A program made the position numbers and the translations under genes. DNA of 64,000 nt from Octopus sinensis (lineage: Eukaryota). Position 1 is the first letter of the stretch. Each line of letters opens with the position of its first letter. The notes beneath the pieces are model-generated. The model searched no databases. It saw only the letters and a program-made list of their open reading frames with translations, and was not told the DNA's origin. Shown piece after piece: positions 55,315 through 64,000 of the stretch. The DNA is taken from assembly GCF_006345805.1 (NCBI RefSeq), contig NC_043001.1:82770001-82834000 (forward strand). The letters are read 5' to 3'.

Positions 55315-55627
55315 ATATATGTTATATCACATATATATATATATATATATAAATATATTATATATATATATAGACTATAGATATATGGTGTGTATATTAT
55401 ATATATATATAGTATAGATATATATATATATACATATACTATAGATATATGGTGTGTGTGTATATATATATATGGTATATATGATATATGTTTATATAAA
55501 TACATACATATATATATATATATATATATGGTGTGGTGTGTGTGTGTGTGTGTGTGTGTTTTGAATGTGTGTGTGTGTAGATGGTTGAAAAGGAACAAAC
55601 GAGTGATATGTATATATATACACAAAC

Positions 55628-55665
<38 letters not shown>

Positions 55666-55728
55666 ATAATATGTATATATATATAATATATATACAGAAA
55701 TATATATTATATATGTACCTCTATGTGT

Positions 55729-55764
<36 letters not shown>

Positions 55765-56124
55765 CCTATTAGCCAGTTTAACAGGGGATCTGGTAGCTAG
55801 GGATATATGTAGCCTGGATTTCATCTGCTCCACTCACTCAATTTGGATTTTTATTCGCAGTCATAGCAACTCATCTTGCTAAACCATGAGCAATAAAAAG
55901 TCTTTTTTCAGCTTATAGAACTTCAATATGGGAAAAGCTTATAACTTTCGAGGTCAATAAACTATTAGTGACTGAACGTTGTTTTTTTTTTATCTACCAC
56001 AGACTGCTCAAATCTTACAAACCTCCTACACTTAAATCCTTGGATCTTATAATTATCCCCCCCCGCCTACACACATACACACACACGCACGCACACACAT
56101 ACACATATGCATAACATATACATT

Positions 56125-56192
<68 letters not shown>

Positions 56193-56380
56193 CATATATA
56201 TTATATATTATATATACGGCGTGTTCTTCAGTTTCCGTCTACAGTTCTATTCATATGAATGTGGTCAACTTACGGTTTTAGTTGCAGACGTTTGCAAGGT
56301 GCTATGTGGTTGGGAAACAAACTTCTCACCACACACATATACATGTATATTGTATGTATGTGTGTATATATATATAATAA

Positions 56381-56438
<58 letters not shown>

Positions 56439-56539
56439 GTAGTAATAATAATAATTAATAATAATAATAATAATAGTAATTATTATTTGAGGGAATATTA
56501 ATCCTAACTTACAGGGAAAACATTCAATTTCTCTGTGTA

Positions 56540-56577
56540 TCTTTCTGTTGAAGAGCGTAGGCTCGAAACGTTAAAGA
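56540..56577 (+). ncRNA. Minimal type I hammerhead ribozyme motif (CUGUUGA variant)
   Basis: TCTTT-CTGTTGA-A-GAGC-gtag-GCTC-GAA-ACGT-T-AAAGA, 140 nt upstream of a Penelope ORF fragment. Confidence 0.6.
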
Positions 56578-56716
56578 CTTGTTTTATTTATATTTCCTGA
56601 GCGCCATACTAATACAATTGTTTGTTTGTATTCCACCTGCCTTCGTCTTTTGTTTATTTCCGTAAACCTGCCTTCGTCTTTTGTCTATTTTCATAAAGCT
56701 TCCCGTTATATATATA

Positions 56717-58510
56717 TGCCACCCACGACACACTAGAATGAATGTCCCTTTTTGTTTAGCTAGAAGGATTTGCACCATAATATCAGACACAAACACCCGA
56801 CACACACGTCTCCAGGAACTTAGAACCACACTCACAAATAGAAACTATCCACAGCCCCTAATAGACAGTGCAATCCAACGGGTACTTAAATTAAGTATAG
56901 AAGACCTGAGACAACAAAACCAAAAAAAAGAACAATTAAAAACCCTTCCCTACATCTCTACACACAACCCACTCAACAATGAGGCCTTCAACACCATACT
57001 ACAAAGCACAGCCCTACTAAAGGGAGACCCAAAGATGACCGGATCCTCGAAACCACACCATCATTAAAAGTAAACGGCAACCAAAATCCTTGAAAAGGAT
57101 TTTAACCCAAGCTACACTGCACTCACATCACCACAAAACCAGCAGTTAGAAAATGTGGAAGGCCCAACTGCAGAATCTGTGTCATCTTGAAAGAAGGATC
57201 AGAATTTATACTGGAACAAGGCCACCAGTTCACCATTAGACACAAACTTCATCTGCGCATCAGAAAACTTAATTTACGTCATAACATGCGCAGGCTGCAA
57301 TAGGCAGTATATAGGCCATACAAAAAATAGCTTACGTAACAGGATGGCGGCGTGCATAAATCACAAATTAGAAACCCTGATTACCGCAAAATACCGGTCA
57401 GCGGACACATAGATAGATGTGCTGGAAATGTAAATCCGAAATTTACAACTAACCCGCTCTATAAATTCAGTGACAACGCAACCTTCACACAACGCCAAAA
57501 TAAAGAACTATATTTCATAAAAAAATTTAGACCAAGTTTAAACACCCTGGGCCAGGAATACTAAAACAAAAGATAAGTCCTCCGAAAAGGAGAAGCAAAA
57601 TTCCACCACGGCTGCTACCTTAAACAGACACTCGCTCTGACGGAAATATGCCTTAGTAAAAAAGGACAAAAATTCTTTCGTGCAAATCTGACCCTGATAC
57701 ATACGATACAGCTAAGGGTCAGACCCGATTCTGATTGGTCAACAAGTTGATGACGTCTAGTTCTGCTAGAATGGACAGGATACAAACAGGGGACAGTCAT
57801 TAGTCAGAATATTGATGACGTCCTTTTCTGCTTGACTAGTCACCTAACAAGTACAGACAGGGGGCAGATCTAATGTAGCTATAAGTCGTGATTGGGCAGA
57901 ATCTGGATGATGTCCCGTTCTGCTTGACTAACGAAGCGATTGGTCAAAACAGGAAATAGACAAGAGGCAGTTATAATGCAGCGATTGGTCAAAATGATGA
58001 TGACGTCCCGTTCTGCTTGACTAAAGCCACCTAACGAAACGATTGGTTAAAACGTTGATGACGTCACGCTACGCTGGACTGACCACCTAACAGGCATTAT
58101 AAAACCGAGCACTTCACAAGACTCACTAGAACCACCCAGCGAACACCCACCATGGGTCATCACAATTGCTTAAGGTAAAAATGAATTCCTCGCTCTTTCG
58201 GAAACATCAATCTTCTGTATTGACTGCTTTCCACCACTTTGATCTGTTTTTTGTGTTGAATACGTATCGCCACCGTGGGCCACTGCATCGAACACTTTGA
58301 ACATATAGCATGAATGAACTTACTTCAAACTATATATCAGCTATACATGAACTCTAAGATGTCTGACTCCGTTGTGTATTATAAATGAATTTCTTGTGTT
58401 TGACGGCATGAGCTGTCTTTTTTTATATATAACTTTTTTGATAAGGTTCATTTCAGGAACTGAAACATGTTATAATGTATATATAAAAATTAAAAATTGT
58501 ATAATATAGC
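56717..58510 (+). mobile_element. 5'-truncated Penelope-like element (RT thumb, GIY-YIG, 3' pLTR)
   Basis: HPRHTRMNVPFCLARRIC...NRNYP, CGRPNCRIC, LIYVITCAGCNRQYIG, ...KELYFIKKFRPSLN; frameshifted; starts right after (TA)n. Confidence 0.88.
57730..58180 (+). promoter_or_regulatory. Pol II promoter-like array in the Penelope pLTR
   Basis: Repeated GATTGG (CCAAT rc) with TGACGTC; perfect TGACGTCA at 58059-58066; TATAAAA at 58098-58104; Inr-like TCACT at 58123-58127; caccATGG at 58152; donor GTAAAA at 58175. Confidence 0.55.
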
Positions 58511-58554
58511 AGCATTTTCGAACTTCATTTTTTACAAATATATATAGTATATAT

Positions 58555-58587
<33 letters not shown>

Positions 58588-58595
58588 TACACATA

Positions 58596-59370
58596 CCGGG
58601 TGCGGTGAATAAATTGTCGTCTAAATTATGCAAAAATGAAAATAACACTGACCAAAACTACATAAAAACATCTTGAAATACTAAAGAGTAAATTTATTCA
58701 ATAAAGTTGCCATTGGCATCAACAACAGCCTCCAAGCAATTTCGGAATCTCCTGCAACTCTTCTAGACGGTCTTCTTGTTTAAGTTGGTGAATGCTGCCG
58801 TAACCCTTGCCTGCTGATCATCTTCATTGTTACAAGGAGTTTTGTTGGTCTCTCGGTCAAATACGCCCTCCCCCACACACATAATAATCAAGGGTGTGCA
58901 GTCTGGGAGTTAGATGATCAGATGTTAAGGGTGATGAGGTCGCAGAAATTGTCTGACAGGAATAATGCAAATTCCTTTCAGCTGCCACCCTCTTCACTCA
59001 GGGCAGCACTACCTCCTCCAGGTATTTGTTGTAGGCCTCCGTGTTGAGTCTGAGGCTGTGTAGGAAGATGAATGGAGTCATAACGTCACATCAGTAGTCA
59101 TCGCTCCAAATGCCATGATGTTGACTGGATGTTTGATTTTTATCACTCTCGGTACATGTTCTCAGATTGCACTCTTCTCAGATTGACACCCAATCACTCT
59201 GAAATGTTCATATAGTGTGAATGCCAAGCAGTACAGCATGTCGTTTCCAAATTTCTGGTAGAGTGAATTGTGTCATTGTGCTGTTCTCTCACAGACGGTA
59301 CCCAACTGACCCTACAATAATGTGTAGTCCACAAAATCAAGAACAAACAAGGCTCATGTGCGAAATTAAA
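58596..59370 (-). mobile_element. Tc1/mariner fragment, DD37D (maT)-like, decayed
   Basis: TA-CCGGGTG terminus; minus-strand reading resembles LRLNTEAYNKYLEEVVLP, NS-PDC.PLDYYV, CRRFRNCLEAVVDANGNFIE*. Confidence 0.75.
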
Positions 59371-59391
59371 AATATAGAATGGCAACAATTA

Positions 59392-59424
<33 letters not shown>

Positions 59425-60189
59425 GTGCACACACATACATACACACACACACACGTGCACACACACACACGTGCACACACACACACACACATGTGCACAC
59501 ACACACATGTGCACACACACACATGTGCACACACACACACACACACACACACAACACACACACATATATATATAAGAAATTGTTTTTTCTTTCGAAAACA
59601 ATTCCTTTTACACAATTGCTTGAAAGTGCTCAGATCGAACCCGAAACGCTAGACATTATATAACCTGGTTTAAGAAGAGAGAAAATTTAGATAATCATCC
59701 AATAGTTTTGATTTACATCAACGAACATACCAGTATGTTATTTAGAATAGAAACAGGGAATACATGAGGTAAAAATATACCTGAAAAGGATAATTAAATA
59801 AAGAGTGATATATTGATTAAAAATCATATTAAATTTAAGATTAAAAATGTTGAATCAAGAATTAAAAGTTGTAAGATACATCGACGGCAGTGAGAAATCT
59901 AATGATGGATTTAAAAGTCAGGGAAATGATAAGAATAAATAGAAAGATTTCTTTCAACACGTTAATACTGAAGAGTATATATATAAAGGATAAAATATTT
60001 TAGGAGAAAAGTTTTTCTACTTACGTGTTGAAAAAAAATTCCTGCTTGTTCTGCAATACATTTCAACGCTTCAAAAACAAACATGTTTGTTTACATATGA
60101 CGTAATCAATAAGAATAAATTTGTTTTAAGAGTTCTAAGATTCCTAATCATATTATAGGACGATTATCGAAATTTTGTCTCTTCTTAAA

Positions 60190-60490
60190 CAAAGCTATAT
60201 CACGTGATTACGTGACCAACCAGACCATCAGATGTTGTTACACATCCTGGTCACAATGCGTTCGCATTGTTTTAGCCTTTGAATGACGCCACCCCGGTGG
60301 CTAAGCGAGCAGGCCAACAGAAGAAAGAGTGGTGAAAGAGTACAGCAGGGACCCCCCCCTGCCGGAGCGTCGTGGAGCTTTTAGGTGTTTTCGCTCAATA
60401 AACACTCACAACGCCCGGTCTGGGAATCGAAACCGCGATCCTACGACCGCGAGTCCGCTGCCCTAACCACTGGGCCATTGCGCCTCCACA
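60190..60490 (-). mobile_element. Family B-head SINE with a different 3' body
   Basis: Head nearly identical to 19705-19860; 3' part differs (ttggcctgctcgcttagccacc...cacgtgata). Confidence 0.85.
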
Positions 60491-60517
60491 AACAAAGCTA
60501 TATAATATACATATATA

Positions 60518-60729
60518 CAGGGTGGCCCAAAAGTAGGTTTACAGTTGTTCAACTATCTGTTTCGTATTCATATATTAACAGTTTAGATCTTAATTATAAA
60601 AAAATACGAAAGCATTATTCTTTGCTAATTTGGTTAATTGTAAGATAGAAATTTAAATGTAATAGAATGTTTTAGAAGAAATTTAAAGTGCCTATGTGAT
60701 AACTGTAAACCTTCCTTTGGGCTACTCTG
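60518..60729. mobile_element. Tc1/mariner-type MITE
   Basis: TA-CAGGGTGGCCCAAAAGTAGGTTTACAGTT ... AACTGTAAACCTTCCTTTGGGCTACTCTG-TA. Confidence 0.85.
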
Positions 60730-60773
60730 TATAAATATGTGTGTATTTCTGTTTATCATTTTTTATCTTTCAG

Positions 60774-60822
60774 TCAAGACGGAAGTCGATGCCCATCACT
60801 CGTTACAGATCCTTCGAGACTG
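60774..60822 (+). CDS. Candidate 49-nt internal exon of an unidentified gene
   Basis: Strong acceptor ttttttatctttcag, donor GTGAGA; all three frames open (SRRKSMPITRYRSFET or KTEVDAHHSLQILRD). Confidence 0.25.
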
Positions 60823-61409
60823 GTGAGAGGAGGGAAGAAGGGCAGTATCCTTAAACCGGACGTTTGGCCTAAATGTTTACAACAGGCTTGACGCTGCTAT
60901 ATAAAAGCGTACAAGGTGTCAGGTGGTGGTGTGAAACTCGGTGACAGGTCAACTTTATCACGCAAGTAGGATATCGCGGGATTTGAACGCCAAATATAAA
61001 GAGCTGAAACAAATACTGCAAATGTCCCGGTTCAACAGACTTACGCTCCCTCTAATCCACCGCCTTGGATCGGTACCCCCCGCCTTTTTTTTTTTTACTG
61101 AATCCAGAAATAATAAAAGAAAAAGCTGGTCTCGGTGGGATTTGAACTCAGGACGCAGAGAGACGGAAGAAACACTACAACACTTTCTGACCGGTGCTCT
61201 GTATTGAGCTCTCCCGTTAACAGATATATGAAAATACATTTTGTAATACATCGATTAATACAAACTGTTGTTTATATAAATATATATCAAAATACATACA
61301 TTTTGTACTATATATAACCTCAACTCCAGTGGTACTTATTTTATTGACCTGGAAAGAATGATTGGTAAAGTGGACTTCAAGAAAATTTGAGCTCAGAACT
61401 ATCTATATA

Positions 61410-61680
61410 TCTGTAAATATGTATGTATGTATGCATGTATGTATGTATGTATGTATGTATGTATGTATGTATGTATGTATGTATGTATGTATGTATGTAT
61501 GTATGTATGCATGTATGTATGTATGTATGCATGCATGTATGTATGTATGTATGTATGTATGTATGTATGTATGCATGCATGAATGTATGTATGTATGTAT
61601 GTATGTATGTATGTATGTATGTATGTATGTATGTATGTATGCATGCATGTCTGTATGTATGTATGCATGTGTATATGTAT
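61410..61680 (+). repeat. (TATG)n microsatellite
   Basis: Direct inspection; follows a family A SINE fragment at 61315-61400. Confidence 0.95.
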
Positions 61681-62689
61681 ATGTTTATACTGTAATTCTT
61701 GGCAGTGCGTGATAGCTTAAAAAGAATACATAGAATTTAATACCTTTGTAGGATGCATATATATGAATTACGCAGAAGCCTAAATTAGTAACTCATCTCT
61801 GCACAGTTTCGCCATGGAATATCCAAATGATGTGCATTGGATTATTTATATGTATATCATAATTTTTTTTTTAAATGATGGAATCATTTGTCATATACAC
61901 AGAAACCAGAGTGACATAACTTCTAAATTTTCTAGAAAATTAGATTCTTTGGTGGTGGTATATAAGTTTATATCCAAGAAGACCAGGATGCAAGGTAACT
62001 AATGTTGGTTAAAGAGTGTAATTGAAATGAGATTATATAGCGAAAATAATAAAAATTCTCAAGGGAAATTAAAGTTCCTAAAATATGTGGTTTTTAGGCA
62101 GGAATTGTACAAGACGGGAATCATAATATTTGGCAACATGAAATAACTAGAGTAAGCCAAAGTAAAGAAAGAAAAATATAACCTATACGAAGAAAATTTA
62201 GATTTAAATAATAAAATAAAAAATAAAATAGTCTTGTATGTTAAGAAGGAGAAATCTACCTGATGGCAATCTTCAAAAGTCTCAAAAGACAACTTGATCG
62301 GATGCTCAGGAGATTCGAAGCTTGCAGGCATTTTGTAAAGCTTATGTTGAAATTTTGACATGTCACGAATCCTTAAAACTTACTATATCTCTTCATAGGG
62401 GAGGGATATATCAACGAAGATTTTTGAGATGTTGCTTCATAGGGCTCTTTAACTATTATTTCTAAACTATCACAAGATCATTTCATTTTATTTTATACTT
62501 TAGATTTAATTTTCATTCGAATGTATATGCGTGTGCCTGCATGCGCGTGTGTATCTGCGTATATTTAACTTGCCTGTATAAGCTACTGTATTATATGTAA
62601 TTACTTAAACTATTCGCTCTCTATGGGACATAGGCTATTGACGTATATTTTCCATTGATCTTAACTCTGGGCTGTCCTCACCTAGGTCT

Positions 62690-62925
62690 TCTTGGTTTCG
62701 AACTGTCATCGATGCTTCTGTAATTCTGATTTTTTCTACGTCGCTGTGTTGACACTAAAAAAAATTTACTTCTGTGAAGAGGTGGTTCATATTAGTTTGA
62801 CCTTTTCCCTTTGACCTGCCCAGCATGGGAAGTGCTACAAAGAACTTACTCTCTGCTGGGATAGCTCTCAGAGTCACTGAAGGACACGATCCACCACATG
62901 ACAACAAGGCCTGGACCTTGTTGTG
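62690..62925 (-). mobile_element. RTE-like LINE 5' UTR remnant
   Basis: rc gccttgttgtcatgtggtgg...tgactctgagagctat...cccatgctgggcaggtcaaaggg resembles RTE/Expander 5' UTRs as I recall them. Confidence 0.45.
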
Positions 62926-63127
62926 GTTATCATACATACAATGATATATGCATATCATTGTACATGATATGCTTATCACGTGGAAACCTCGACGCGCTGA
63001 TAGAAATAATAGCTTGACTTGAATGCAGAAGAATATATCTGATAGTATAACTTCCAGTAAACTATACCTGGATAAAAGAAGAAATTGCCATGTCTATGCC
63101 GTCTTTAGTTATTATTTGGGTTGGACA

Positions 63128-63925
63128 AGGCAGCGAACTGGCAGAATCGTTAGCATGCTGGGCAAAATGTTTAGCGACATTTTGTCCATCTTTACATTCT
63201 GAGTTCAAATGCCACTAGGGTCAACTTTGACTTTCGTTCTTTCAGAGTCTATAAAATAGGTACCTGTTCTTTTATTTGTTTCAGTCATTTGAGAACAGCC
63301 ATGCTGAAGCACCGCCTTTAGTCGAGCAAATCGACCACAGGACTTATTCTTTATAAGACTAGTACTTATTATATCGCTCTCTTCTGCCGAACTAAGTTAT
63401 GGGGGACGTAAACACAGCAGCATCGGTTGTTAAACGATGTTGGGGGGACAAACACTGACACACAAACATATACAGACACATATACACATGCATATATATA
63501 TATATATATATAAAAGGCAAATAAGAAAATGCAAAGGATAATCAATCAACAAACATCAGCCTGTAAACATACATTTGGATCTATGTATTAATTAAATTAT
63601 AACCAAGGATGGCTGTGAGGTAAGTAGCTTGCTTATGAACCACATGGTTCCGGGTTCATTCCAACTACTGGCACCTTGGACAAGTGCCTTCTACCATAAC
63701 CTCGGGCCGACCAAAGCCTTGTGAGTGGATTTGGTAGACAAAAACTGAAGAAAGCCCGTCATATATACGTATATGTATATATATATATAACTTAGCGGTT
63801 CGGCAAAAGAGGTCGAGAGAATAAGTACTAGGCTTCCAAAGAATAAGTCCTGGGGTCGATTTGCTAGACTAAAGGCGGTGCTCCAGCATCGACGCAGTCA
63901 AATGACTGAAATAAGTAAAAGAGTA
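63128..63925. mobile_element. Family A fragment plus an inverted pair of family C SINEs
   Basis: A head 63128-63235 (+); C 3' half 63255-63470 (-); C copy 63607-63925 (+). Confidence 0.8.
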
Positions 63926-64000
63926 AATATGTATAAGTAATCAAAATAAATACAGAAGTAAATAAATAAGTAAGCAAATAAAGAAGTAAACAAAGAATAA

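Noticed and set aside
62250-62460. Short open frames on both strands
   Set aside because: No consistent splice pair or recognisable domain.
62690-62925. HDV-like ribozyme in the RTE 5' UTR remnant
   Set aside because: Such ribozymes are known in RTE elements, but I could not build the nested pseudoknot from this decayed copy.

Overview
Eukaryotic, AT-rich, very repeat-dense genomic DNA with one 100-N scaffold gap (5048-5147). The tRNA-derived SINE families and the extreme microsatellite load match my recollection of octopus (coleoid cephalopod) genomes; this is an inference, not a database result. No intact protein-coding gene can be supported. Most ORFs in the track are microsatellite translations. 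The window holds: a decayed mariner, a DD37D-type Tc1/mariner fragment, several MITEs and a Helitron 3' end; a near full-length Tx1-clade L1 LINE plus related fragments; four R4/Dong-like restriction-like-endonuclease LINE fragments; RTE fragments; two Penelope-like (GIY-YIG) fragments; and dozens of SINE copies from at least three families. A few candidate host exons and promoters are low confidence. The two most notable signals are (1) a family of minimal type I hammerhead ribozyme motifs with covarying stem I, including a tandem direct pair 380 nt apart, and (2) apparent partitioning of microsatellite classes among retroelements: Tx1 in (TCTA)n, R4-like in (CATA)n, Dong-like in (TAA)n, Penelope in (TA)n. 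Repeat boundaries were placed by eye and are approximate unless exact bases are quoted.
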